This document shows positions 49,687 through 61,785 of a DNA stretch of 64,000 nt, piece after piece. Source of the stretch: Somniosus microcephalus (Eukaryota). The notes beneath the pieces are model-generated. The model saw nothing but the letters and a program-made list of their open reading frames with translations. It made no database searches and was not told the origin of the DNA. Where the stretch lies: contig CM126209.1 of the NCBI GenBank assembly GCA_052327205.1, forward strand, positions 24,180,001 through 24,244,000, given 5' to 3'. The position numbers and the translations under genes were made by a program. Position 1 is the first letter of the stretch. Each line of letters starts with the position of its first letter.

Positions 49687-51094
49687 GTAAGCAAGTAAGT
49701 ATGGGGCAGTCCACCTAACCTGGGTGGTGGGAAAATTATTGGAAAAAATTCTGAGGGACAGGATAAATCTTCATTTAGAAAGACAAGGATTAATCAGGGA
49801 CAGTCAGCATGGATTTGTTCAGGGAAGGTCGTGTCTGACTAACTTGACTGAATTTTTTGAGGAGGTAACAAGGAGGATCGATGAGGATAGTGTGTTTGAT
49901 GTAGTCTATATGGATTTTAGCAAGGCTTTTGATAAGGTCCCGCATGGCAGGCTGGTCACGAAAGGAAAAGCCCATGGGATCCAAGGCAAAGTGGCAAGTT
50001 GGATCCAAAATTGGCTCAGAGGCAGGAAACAAAGGGTAATGGTCGAAGGGTGTTTTTGTGACTGGAAGGCTGTTTCCAGTGGGGTTCCGCAGGGCTCAGC
50101 ACTGGGTCCTTTGCTTTTTGTGGTATATATCAATGATTTGGACTTGAATGTAGGAAGTATGATTAAGAAGTTTGCAGATGATACAAAAATTGGCCGTGTG
50201 GTTGATAATGAAGAAGAAAGCTGTAGACTGCAGGAAGATATCAATGGACTGGTCAGGTGGGCAGAACAGTGGCAAATGGAATTCAATCTGGAGAGGTGTG
50301 AGGTAATGCATTTGGGGAGGGCTAGCAAGGCAAAGGAATACACTATAAATGGTAGGACATTGAGAAGTACAGAAGATCAGAGGGACCTTGGAGTGCATGT
50401 CCACAGATCCCTGAAGGTAGCAGGACAGGTAGATAAGGTGGTTAAGAAGGCATACGGGATACTTGCCTTTATTAGCTGCGGCTTAGAATATAAGAGCAGG
50501 GAGGTTATGCTTGAACTGTATAAAACACTCGTTAGGCCGCAGCTAGAATACTGCGTGCAGTTCTGGTCACCATATTACAGGAAGGATGTGATTGCACTAG
50601 AGAGGGTGCGGAGGAGATTTACGAGTATATTGCCTGGGCTGGGGAATTTTAGCTATGAGGAAAGATTGGATAGGCTGGGGTTGTTTTCTTTGGAACAGAG
50701 GACGCTGAGAGGGGACCTTATTGAGGTGTATAAAGTTATGAGGGGCCTAGATAAGTGGATAGAAAGGACCTATTTCCCTTAGCAGAAGGGTCAATAACCA
50801 GGGGGCATAGATTTAAATAATTGGTCAGAGGTTTAGAGGGGATTTGAGGATAAATATTTTCAACCAGAGGGTGGTGGGGGCCTGGAACTCATTGCCTGAA
50901 AGGGTGGTAGAGGCAGAGACCCTCATCACATTAAGAAGTACTTGGATATGCACGTGAAGTGCCGTAACCTACAAGGCTACGGACCAAGTGCTGGAAAGTG
51001 AGATTAGGGTGGATAGCTCTTTGTCGGCCGGCACGGACAAGATGGGCCAAGTGGCTGTAATGTGCTGTAAATCTCTATGATTCTATGATTCTAC
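49687..51094 (+). mobile_element. 5'-truncated CR1 LINE inserted in the Gypsy-C RT
   Basis: 352-aa RT ORF (QHGF..DFSKAFD..VPQGS..FADD) and (attctatg)n tail; it splits the host YLIIN|THKGL motif. Confidence 0.93.
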
Positions 51095-53465
51095 AAACAC
51101 ACACAAGGGACTGTGCTCATACACCAAGCTGCCGTATGGTGTAAAGTCCTCCCCCAAAATCTTTCGGGCTGCGATGGATAAGATTTTGCAAGGAATTCCA
51201 AATTGCTTATGCAATCAAGGCGATGTGCTGATCGCAACAAGCAGCAAGGAAGAAAATCTAGAAGTGTTAGATTTAGTGCTCCAAAGGTTGAATTCCCTCA
51301 ATTTCAAATTGAAAAGGAGCAAATGTGCTTTTGGGCAGCCCGAGGTTGTGTACCTTGGTCTGAAAGTTGATGCAAATGGCTTGCAACCAGTGAAGGAAAA
51401 GGTTGATGTTGTCATCAATGCTCCAAAGCCACAGAACGTGTCTGAGTTAAGATCTTTCCTTGGAATGGTCCAGTACTATGCACGTTTCTTACCTGAGTTA
51501 GTGACCATGTTAGCTCCATTGCATGAGCTCCTCAAGAAGAATGTCCAGTGGAAGTCAACAAAAGTGCAACAGGAAGCTTACAATGCTTGTAAGAGAAGTC
51601 TCTCTAGCGATGCTCGACTTGTGCACTACGACACAGAGTGTAAGCTTCTAGCTATGGTGTGGGAGCTGTCATAAGCCACGTAATGGATGACAGCCGAAAG
51701 AAACCAATTGCATTTACATCGTGAACCCTCACAAAGAACAAAAGAAACTTTGCGCAAATTGAAAAGGAAGCACTCACCATAGTGTTTGGAATCAAGAAAT
51801 TCCAACAATTCCTGATCGGCAGAAAGTTTACCCCGATAACTGATCACAAACCGCTTCTTGCAATATTGGGGCCCAAATCTACCATCCCTGCAATGGCCGC
51901 TTCAAGAATGCAACGTTGAGCAGTGTTGTCACAATATGACTACACGATTGAATATCACACTTCAAAGCAAGATGCAATCGCAGATGCCTTGTCCAGGTTG
52001 CCACATGAGGATTCATGTGTTGGGAGTGAAGCTGAGATTTTCACACTAGGTGCAGTTGACAAAGACTTTCCCGTGAATGCAACTGAGATTGCAAATGAGA
52101 CTCAAAAGGGCTCAGTACTGAAAAGAGTGTATGAAAACACCTTGAATGGATGGACTGACCAGTGTCCGGACACAGAGTTGAAACCATTCCATAACTGTCC
52201 TACTGAATTGTCTGTGAGCAAGGTTGTATCAAGTGGGGAAACAGAGTGGTGGTACCTACTTCTCTGAGAGATAGAATTCTGGCCGAACTTCATACTGAAC
52301 ATCCAGGGATTGTCAGTATAAAATCAATTGCAAGAAGTTTTATTTACTGGCCTGGATTGGACAGTGATCTTGAATCACTTGTCAGCAAATGCAGTGTTTG
52401 CCAAAACTGCAGAAACAAACCACCCAAAGTTCCACTACAACCCTGGTCATGGCCAAGTAGACCTTTTCAGAGAGTACATGTAGACTTCTGTGAGAAAGCA
52501 AATTATTATTTCCTGGTACTTGTAGATAGTCACTCATAGTGGATTGAAGTGAAACACGTGGGTTCAAACACTACAACTGAACGTACCATAGATGAGTTGA
52601 GGTTTCTCTTTGCATGTCATGGCTTACCTGAAGATCTTGTTTCTGACAATGGCCCTCAGTTCCATTCTGCTGTATTCCAAGAATTCATGAAATGGAACGG
52701 TATCAAACACACTCTCGTTCCACCATATCATCCAGCTTCAAACGGAGCAGCTGAAAGGTCAGTCAGAAGAGTAAAAGAAGCTCTCAAAAAGCAAGTGTTG
52801 CAGGGTTGTTTGGGACTCAGCATGAAGCAACGTTTGGCAAGTTTCTTGCTGAAGTACAGAACTACTCCGCACACCACAACTGGATATACTCCAGCAGAAC
52901 TCTTGATGAAGAGGAGATTGAGAACACGATTGAGTCTTGTTCAACCAAATTTGGCATCAAGAATTGAACAGAAACAGTTGAGTCAGAAACGTTATTATCA
53001 TGACAATCAGAAAGAACGCAGTTTCAAACAAAATGAGTGTGTTCATATTCTCAGTCCCCCTGGAAAGTGGAGTTCACACAAGTGGGACATAAGAACTGTA
53101 GTAGAGGTTGGTGGGACCAAGAGATATTTATTTGAAATTGGTGACAACATCCGAAGTGTACATGTAGATCAAATGATCTCTGCTAGAGATAAACCAAAAC
53201 ATGATCTTAAACCACTTGATCATGAGCACATACATGAGTTTGACTCAGTTCAGACTTCAGTAACTGAAGTATCAGGTTCAAACAAGTCTGAGATAGAAAC
53301 AGGATCATCTTTGAGTTCGGAACCAGAACAAAACAGCCTGAAAACTGGTTCAACACCAGAAACTTCTGTAAGGAGATCAGGAAGGCTCCGCAAACCTGTT
53401 ATTAAACTGGATTTGTGTAAGAAGTCACACAACACCAGGTTATAGTCCAACAGTTTTATTTGAAA

Positions 53466-53502
53466 TCACAAGCTTTCAGAGCGCTGCTCCTTCATCAGGT
53501 GA
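53466..53502 (-). ncRNA. Minimal type I hammerhead ribozyme motif
   Basis: Minus strand reads tcac-CTGATGA-aggagcagcgctct-GAAA-gctt-gtga. Confidence 0.7.
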
Positions 53503-54799
53503 AGTGGAGAGATGCCTATAGACACAGATTATACAGTCAGAGAATAATGCCAGATGATTACAGGTAATCTTTCTAACTGCCATTTATCACACCTCGGCAG
53601 AGAGATAATCACAGCAATCAAAGGTGTGAATGGTGCCCAAACAGGTCAGTCAGGAAAACATTACATCAAAGAACAATGAGGTGGGGTCACAAGGGGTAAA
53701 ATGTTGCAGATGCTGGGGTCTGTATGAAAAACAAAAACAAAAAACAGACAAAAAACATTTTCTTTGCTGGAAATCACAGCAGGTCCGGCCGCATCTGTGT
53801 AGAGAGAACAAGCCAACGATGACGAGAGTCTGGATGACCCTACGTCAGGTGGGGTTACATGTAGCGTGACATGAACCCAAGATCCCGGTTGAGGCCGTCC
53901 TCATGAGTGCGGAACTTGGCTATCAGTTTCTGCTCTACGATTTTGCATTGTCGTGTGCCTCAAAGGCTGCCTTGGAGAATGCTTACCCAAAGATCAGAGG
54001 CTGAATGTCCTTGACTGCTGAAGTGTTCCCCGACTGGGAGGGAACACTCCTGCCTGGCGATTGTTACGCGGTGTCCGTTCATCCGCTGTTGTAGTGTCTG
54101 CATGGTCTCGCCGATGTACCATGCTCCGGGGCATCCTTTCCTGCAACGTATGAGGTAGACAACGTTGGCCGAGTCACATGAGTATGTACCATGTACCTGG
54201 TGGGTGGTGTCCTCACGTGTGATGATGGTATCTGTGTTGATGATCTGGCATGTCTTGCAGAGGTTGCCGTGGCAGGGCTGTGTGGTGTTGTGGTCGCTGT
54301 TCTCCTCAAAGCTGGGTAATTTGCTGCGATCGATGGTCTGTTTGAGGTTAGGCGGCTGTTTGAAGGCGAGTAGTGGAGGTGTGGGGATGGCCTTAGCGAG
54401 GTGTTCGTCGTCATCGATGACATGTTGAAGGCTGTGAAGAACATGGCGTAGTTTCTCCGCTCCGGGGAAGTACTGGACGATGAAGGGTACTCTGTTGGTT
54501 GTGTCCCGTGTTTGTCTTCTGAGGAGGCCTATGCGATTTTTTGCTGTGGCCCGTCGGAACTGTCGATCGACAAGTCGAGTGTCATATCCCGTTCTTATGA
54601 GGGCGTCTTTCAGTGTCTGTAGGTGTCCATCGCGTTCCTCCTCGTCTGAGCAGATCCTGTGTATTCGCAGGGCTTGGCCTTTGATTGCTGTGATTATCTC
54701 TCTGCCGAGGTGTGATAAATGGCAGTTAGAAAGATTACCTGTAATCATCTGGCATTATTCTCTGACTATATAATCTGTGTCTATAGGCATCTCTCCACT

Positions 54800-54836
54800 T
54801 CACCTGACGAAGGAGCAGCGCTCCGAAAGCTTGCGA
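54800..54836 (+). ncRNA. Minimal type I hammerhead ribozyme motif
   Basis: tcac-CTGACGA-aggagcagcgctcc-GAAA-gctt-gcga; one mismatch in helix I. Confidence 0.65.
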
Positions 54837-55477
54837 TTTCAAGTAAAACTGTTGGACTATAACCTGGTGTTGTGTGACTTCTTACATTTGTCCACCCCAG
54901 TCCAACACTGGCATCTCCACACCATAAACTGGATTTGTAATTCATTTGTAGGCTTTGTAGTTCATTTTTAAAAAAGCCAGGAGTTTTTGTTATGTTGTAC
55001 ATGTAAAGCTGGGAAATGTGGGACCATAGTTTTGTTGTTGAGAGGGGAATATGTACATTTTCTTTAAAGGGTAATGTATTGTCACATGGTTTGTCACATG
55101 GTTTAGTATGAGCATGCTCAGTTCGCTCTGATCTAGTAAACAAGCACATGGACTAGCAACTCATCGTGTCTCTGTCCTTCATTTGTTCTATCCACATATA
55201 TTAGAAACACTCCCAGTTTAACACCTATGAAATGTCAGCAGAGATTATGTGCTCAACTCCTGGAGTGGGGCTTAACTGCACATCCTTCTGACTCAAAGGA
55301 AGAGTCTAACTGAGACAAACTTACACTTTTGCCATCAAGTTGTTGTCAAGACGTGGACAATTGCAGTCATAAACCCACTAAACCAGCGTCTCATGAAGTT
55401 GCGTGTTAATGTAACAGCAGGATGTGAGGCGAGGCAGTCTAAAATTGTAAGGATTTCCGGTCAGAAATAAAGCTTTT

Positions 55478-56368
55478 GGGGGAGAAATTCAGTATCGTCC
55501 CATTTGGGGTGCGATTATCAGCCAGGCGCAAAGTTTAGCGCCTGGCACTAATTATCGTCTCCGACTGCAAACTTGGCTTTTATCGCCTCTGGAGGTGATT
55601 GGAGCGCTAAATCAGGTGCTGCACACCTGTCTTAAGGCACAAAGGCCAAGGAGCGAGGCGCTAACTCAGAGCGCGGGCGAAGCTCATGTGATGTCAGTCA
55701 GCAATGGAACACAGACACACTGGCGCTGGCCAGTTCTTAAAGGGGAGGATTGATCTTGCTCTCCATCCACACCCTGCTCATTGCAGCCTTGAATCTCGGC
55801 CTGGAGAGACCTGTACATCAAATCTGCTGGAAAGAACAATGGAGAGGCCCAGGGAAAGAGCTCAGAGTGCAGCCCAAATAGTCTGTTCTAAATTGGTGCA
55901 AGGAAGATCAAATCAAAATGAACCTGCAAAGTACTGCTCAGTACCCAAAACTCCTCAACACAGCGTTGAATCTCTCCAGAAGTCTCTCTCTCTCTCTCAG
56001 AATGCGTGGTGCAAAAATGTCGCAGAAAAAAAAGGCAGGAAGCGGTCGCCTTTAAATAGCGCTCCCCCAGACCCTTCCTGACTGCAAAACGCTCCCCTCA
56101 ACCTGTCGTTGCTAGCGGCAGGCGGTAAGGCAGGGGGCGCCACTCAATATCCGGTCCGGGGCGCTACCGGGGCGTTGCACACTCGACTGACGTCATGACC
56201 TGAGGGCGCAGGAGATTGTGGCGGTAGTGTTTAGCGCCGCCGCAAAATGTCTGGTCAATTTCATGAGTGCCGCAAACATCGCTGCGCCCGGGCGTGAGTT
56301 GCTTTGCGCCCCATTAGCGCCCTCTTAAGGCACCAACGGGAGGCGCAAACCAACTGAATTTTACCCCC
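55478..56368. mobile_element. Harbinger-type MITE
   Basis: TIR GGGGGAGAAATTCAGT / ACTGAATTTTACCCCC, TSD TTT, many TAGCGCC repeats; TIR resembles that of 34214-43878. Confidence 0.88.
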
Positions 56369-56728
56369 TTTATCTTCTGTTATTGAGCCACGTAATACTA
56401 ACCTTCAACCTTTGACCTTCGCCTGCTCGTCTGCCATAACGTTGACAGGAGAGCCGCAGAAACTCCCGGAAAAAACGGTGCGAATGCCCCACGGGGTCAG
56501 GTGTTCTCTCTGGGGTTTCTGCGGCTCTTCCGACAAAGTGAAGGCAGGCAAATGGGAGAACGCAGGCGGAAATACATCCCCAATTGTCTTTTTTCACCTC
56601 ACTTTGCCGGATTGTGCAATTTTACACTTTCTGGAAGCTGGGATATTTCAGGATGCTGTAAAAGTAATACATTCCAAAAGAACCTGCATCAAATGTTGCT
56701 TAGCCAGCAAAACAGGCATGTATAAATA

Positions 56729-56867
56729 ATACAAAAGCGAAACACTGCAGAGGCTGGAAATCTGAAATAAAAACAGAAAATGCTGGAAATCCTCAGCAGG
56801 TCAGGCAGCGTCTGTGTAAAGAGAAACAGAGTTAACTTTTCCGGTCGATGAGCTTCCATCAGAACTG
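56729..56867 (-). mobile_element. Penelope 3' tail with degenerate hammerhead
   Basis: Same family as the 29573-29681 tail. Confidence 0.7.
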
Positions 56868-57529
56868 TATAAATAATGGCCTGTGGGCCAATCAAGCTGT
56901 GAAGTGCACCATTTCTGGTAGAATTGAAGGAACCAGCGACATACCTAAAGATGTACATGTACCTTTTCCTCTTGTAACAGATATGCCAGAACCCTAGGGG
57001 GCAGTGCCTCTCAGCAGCAAGTCTCATCATAGCACTCAGGGCCATCGCTAATTGAAGTGGGCACAATCCCAGAGATACGCGTTCAGGTGGGGCTCACTGA
57101 TTTGGAGGAAAGAACACAGGTTAAGCCATTCCCCATAGTTGTGGAAAGGTTGAGTTGCGTTGTGATTCATACATCATGGGGCCAGCTACGAAGTAGGTGG
57201 CCAACTGAGTCACAAGCAAATACCCAACAGACCTTTTGGAACACTCTATACCTACTCCTTCCACGAGTACATTGAGTAGGTGTAGTAGAGTAAGAAGAAA
57301 GACCATGATGCATGTAGATGTAGCACAGGGAGAAGCGCATTGTGTTAAACACATGGTACACCTTCAACTTTAAGACACGACACATTACCTTGCAGTTGTT
57401 GCTTGCTTTGAGAATGTACATTTTCCAGACAAACAGCAGCAATGTCCAATGGAATATAAAAGCCGACCTTAAGGAAAGAATCAGAACCTGGCAAAACAAC
57501 ACTGTTTCCTGTTGTGGCTGCTGTGCCTC

Positions 57530-59956
57530 TACTAGCTACTTATCATCTCCATCTCCTCTTCCTCCTTCTGTGCTATGTCTGATTGCTGGTCCTCATCCAC
57601 AAAGGTTCATAAGCATTTTTGAACATCTATGTTTGTCAGCATGCAGCACACTGCCACCATGTCAATGTGAAATTCCACAGAATGTCCATATCGTCATTCT
57701 ATAATGGAGCACCAACACTACAGCCCAAACATCGCAACCATTGTTACAGCACCCAAAAATACTGCTCAGTGAGGTGCTTGCCTCTCGTACGTGCTTCTTT
57801 GTAGTCTGTTTGCTAACCGCTACAAGCACTGCATAGAGGTATCTTGAGCCACGTTTCCAGCAGCTAACCCATATTTGCACAAGTATTCAACCAGCTGTTA
57901 GCCTGGAAACTTGTGATTCCCTTATTTTTTTAAATTAGTTCCTGGGATGTGGGTGTCGCTGGCAAGGCCAGCATTTATTGCCCATCCCTAATTGCCCTCG
58001 AGAAGATGGTGGTGAGCCACCTTCTTGAACTGCTGCAGTCCGTGTGGTGAAGGTACTCCCACAGTGTTGTTAGGGAGGGAGTTCCAGGATTTTGACCCAG
58101 CGACGATGAAGGAACGGCGATATACTTGCAAGTCAGGATGATGTGTGACTTGGAGGGGAGCTTGGAGGTGGTGGTGTTTCCATGTGCCATGCTGCCCTTG
58201 TCCTTCTAGGTGCTAGAGGTTGTGGGTTTGGGAGGTGCTGCCAAAGAAGCCTTGGTCAGTTGCCGCAGTGCATCTTGTAGATGATACACACTGCAGCCAC
58301 AGTACGCTGGTGGTGGAGGGAGTGAATGTTTAAGGTGGTGGATGGGGTGCCAATCAATAGGGCTGCTTTGTCTTGGATGGTGTTGAGCTTTTTGAGTGTT
58401 GCTGGAGCTGCACTCATCCAGGCAAGTGGGGAGTATTCCGTCACACTCCTGACTTGTGCCTTGTAGATGGTGGAAAGGCTTTGGGGAGTAAGGAGGTGAG
58501 ACACTCGCCACAGAATACCCAGCTTCTGACCTGCTCTTGTAGCCACAATATTTATGTGGCTGGTCCAGTTAAGTTTCTGGTCAATGGTGACCCCCAGGAT
58601 ATTGATGGTGGGGGATTCATCGATGGTAATGCCGTTGAATGTCAAGGGGCCGTGGTTAGACTCTCGCTTTTTGGAGATAATCATTGCCTAGCACATGTGT
58701 GGCGTGAATGTTACCTGTCACTTATTAGCCCAAGCCTGAATGTCGTCCAGGTCTTGCTGCATGCGGGCATGGACTGCTTCATTATCTGAGGATGCCTTGA
58801 TGCCACACTCAGTCAAATGCTGCCCTGATGTCAAGGGCAGTCACCCTCATCTCACCTCTGGAATTCAGCTCCTTTATCCATTTTTAGACCAAGGCTGTAA
58901 TGAGGTCTGGAGCCGAGTGGTCCTGGCAGAACCCAAACTGGGTATCAGTGAGTAGGTTATTGGTGAGTAAGTGCTGCTTGATAGCACTGTCGATGACACC
59001 TTCCATCACTTTGCTGATGATTGAGAGTAGACTGATGGTGCGGTAATTGGCCCGATTGGATTTGTCCTGCTTTTTGTGGATAGGACATACCTGGGCAGTT
59101 TTCCACATTGTCGGAGAGATGCTAGTGTTGTAGCTGTACTGGAACAGCTTGGCTAGAGGCGCAGCTAATTCTGGAGCACAAGTCTTCAGCACGACAGCCG
59201 GGATGTTGTCGGGGCCCACAGCCTTTGCTGTATCCAGTGCGCTCAGCTGTTTCTTGATATCACGTGGAGTGAATCGAATTGGCTGAAGACTGATTTCTGT
59301 GGTGGTGAGGACCTCAGTAGGAGGCCAATATGGATCATCCACTCGGCACCTCTGGCTGAAGATGGTTGCAAACACTTCAGCCTTGTCTTTTTGCACTCAC
59401 ATGCTGGGCTCCATCATCATTGAGGATGGGGATATTCATAGGGCCTCCTCCCATTAGTTGTTTAATGGTCCATCACCATTCACAATTGGATGCGGCAGGA
59501 CTGCAGAGCTTTGATCTGATCCGTTGATTGTGGGATTGCCTAGCTCTGTCTATAGCATGCTTATGATATGGACATTCTGTGGCATTGCACATTGACATGC
59601 TGAACTCTTTGACAGTGGTCATACATCGTTTAGATTTTCTGAATAGTATCCTTTTGTGTATGAACACCATTGGATATTGCATAGCTATTTGAATGGGTAC
59701 TGACCACGTTGCCTAGGGAATGGCACATTTTTCAGAATATTTGTGTCTTATGTTTTTGATGTGCTGAATGTAATGTAATTGCCAGCATGGTGAAGCACAG
59801 GTCTGAGACCCCCGTTATGCAACCAGCTGCAAATTAGCTGATCCTTAACAAATTTCTTGCCATTGTCTGGAAGGAACCTTTTGCAAAAAAGTTAATGACA
59901 TTGTCACTTTACCAATTACTGGCAACAGATGTTGCTCCTTGGCTGGAGGTCTGGCA
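57530..59956 (-). pseudogene. Fossil Harbinger transposase split by a CR1-group LINE
   Basis: Manual translation: KVT..NFFAKGSFQ (~59860-59920) and TWLKIPL..EQYFWVL*QWLRCLG..VCCML (~57630-57900). Confidence 0.6.
57925..59560 (-). mobile_element. CR1-group LINE fragment with internal deletion
   Basis: KAVGPDNIP..YRTISLLSIISKVME..QFGF; same 3' tail as 9986-11111. Confidence 0.88.
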
Positions 59957-60042
59957 TAGGAAACATAGGAGCATAGGAACGGGATTAGGCCATTCAGCCC
60001 CTCGAGCCTGCTCCGCCATTCAATGAGATCATATCCCTTAAT

Positions 60043-60798
60043 GGCCCAGAAATTCGGGTCGGGGGCTTCCCGCGGGTGCAAGCCCCCGACCTGCACTTAG
60101 CTTGCTGTTGTGCTGTGGCCCGCGTGGGATTCCGATCCTGGGCCTCCTCCAACTGCCGGCACGCAGTGCTTGCGTATCCCAGAGGCGCAGTTAGTTCGAT
60201 GCGTCCCCTGGGATCACGTGGGCCATGGGGAGCCAATGGTAGCAGGGAATGCTTCATTCATAAGTTTGACAGGAAGAGCTGTCAAACCTATAAATACTAT
60301 AAGCCCCAAAACATCACTAAAACCTCAAATAATTTTTTTTTAAAACATCAGATTTTTAAAATAAACTATAAATTACATGAAATAACTATTTTAAACAATA
60401 ATTTAAATTTTTGAAAAAATTAATTACATTTTCTAACGGGGCTAAAAATAAACTTACCTTTCTTTAAATTATTTAAAAATAATAAACCTGTGGAAATTTT
60501 TTTTAATTTTAATAAATTCACCACTTACCTTGTTAAAAGCAGGCCTTGCGCCTGCTTTTTAAAAGTGTAACTGCTGGAGACTTACCCTCCCGGAGAAACC
60601 TGCAAAAAAAACGTAAGTTCAATGCGCACGCGCTGCCTCTCCGGCGCACGCGTTCGACCTGTGAACCCCTTCTTTCAGGTGAATGGAAGTGCCGGTTTCC
60701 CGCGCATGCGCAGTGCACGCACGAAACCGGCACTTTCATTGGAGCTACGCGTGAGTACCCCGTGCGTCCTCACCCGTGGGGACCCGAATTGCTGGGCC
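60043..60798. mobile_element. Harbinger-type MITE family A, copy 3
   Basis: TIR GGCCCAGAAATTCGGGTC / GACCCGAATTGCTGGGCC; colinear with copies 1 and 2. Confidence 0.88.
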
Positions 60799-61030
60799 TT
60801 TGGTTAACAGAAAGCTATCAATCTCCGATTTAAAATTAACAATTGATCCAGCATCAATTTCCGTTGGCAGAAGAGAGTTCCAAACTTATACCACCCTTTG
60901 TGTGTAGAAGTGTTTGTTAATTTCGCTCCTGAAAGGTCTGGCTCTAATTCCTAGACTATGCCCCCTAGTCCTAGAATCTCCAACCAGCGGAAATAGTTTC
61001 TCTCTATCTACCCTATCGGTTCCCCTTAAT

Positions 61031-61785
61031 GGCCCGTATTATCCGACCCCCACGGGTGTGTACGAGGCATCCATAGGGGCCTCGCAAGTACCGGTTTCAG
61101 GCACGTGAAGCGCATGCGCTGAAAACCGGCACTTCCGATCTGACAAGAATTCTCCTGACAGATCCTCCGCCTGCCCAGGAGAAGGGCCTCCGCGGGCAGA
61201 GAGTTCCGCTTTCTGCACAACCTCCGCCCACTGAAAATCTTTAAATATCTTACGCCTGGTAAAAGCAGTAAGGCGTAAGGCCTGCTTTTACCAGCATAAG
61301 AGTTTAAAAAAGTAAATAAATAAAAAACATTTCCAATCATTTATAATTTAAAAATACTTTTAAAAAAGGTAAGTTTATTTTTAGCCCTGTAAAAAACTTT
61401 AATTATTTTTTCAAAAAATTACATTTTTGTTTAAACTATTTAATTTAATGTAATTTTAACTACGTGATTAAAAAAAATGTATTTAATGTTTTAGTGTGTT
61501 TTTTTGAGTGATCCCCATTCATACTTTTGACAGATTTATGCGGAGAGACCTGTCAAAAGTATGAAGGGGGATTCCCTTCTTTGATTGTTTCCCCATGGCC
61601 CACATGATCCCAGGGACGCTTGCTAATGGTGTGCACCCCTGGGATACCTGGGCCTCTGCGTGCGCGCACCAGGAGTGTCCCAGGATCGGAAGTCTCGGGA
61701 CCTACGGAGCCAGCAGGTAAGTTCATAGATTTTTCCAGATCGGAGGCATCTGCACGCAGGGAGACTCCGATCAGAAAATCCGGCC
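61031..61785. mobile_element. Harbinger-type MITE family B
   Basis: TIR GGCCCGTATTATCCGA / TCAGAAAATCCGGCC; CR1 resumes on both sides. Confidence 0.85.

Larger units (their letters stand above)
53417..54924 (-). mobile_element. Penelope-like element with inverted pseudo-LTRs
   Basis: GIY-YIG ORF (NVVYLIRC..WYIGET..RMNGH); ~205-bp inverted repeats 53417-53624 / 54678-54885 plus a short tail; 14-bp TSD TAAACTGGATTTGT. Confidence 0.92.
47198..55205 (+). mobile_element. Older Ty3/Gypsy element (Gypsy-C) carrying nested insertions
   Basis: ~136-bp LTRs at 47198-47334 and 55070-55205, TSD AACAC, PBS TGGCGACGAG, decayed gag/RT/RH/IN (SDNGPQF..NGAAER). Confidence 0.88.

Noticed and set aside
49724-50782. 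352-aa RT ORF as a host or domesticated gene
   Set aside because: It is a 5'-truncated CR1 ORF2 fragment with its tail, inserted inside a Gypsy.
55198-55225. 13-bp duplication cccagtttaacac on both sides of Gypsy-C as an unusually long TSD
   Set aside because: A standard 5-bp AACAC TSD abuts the LTR ends; the extra copy is more simply a local tandem duplication.
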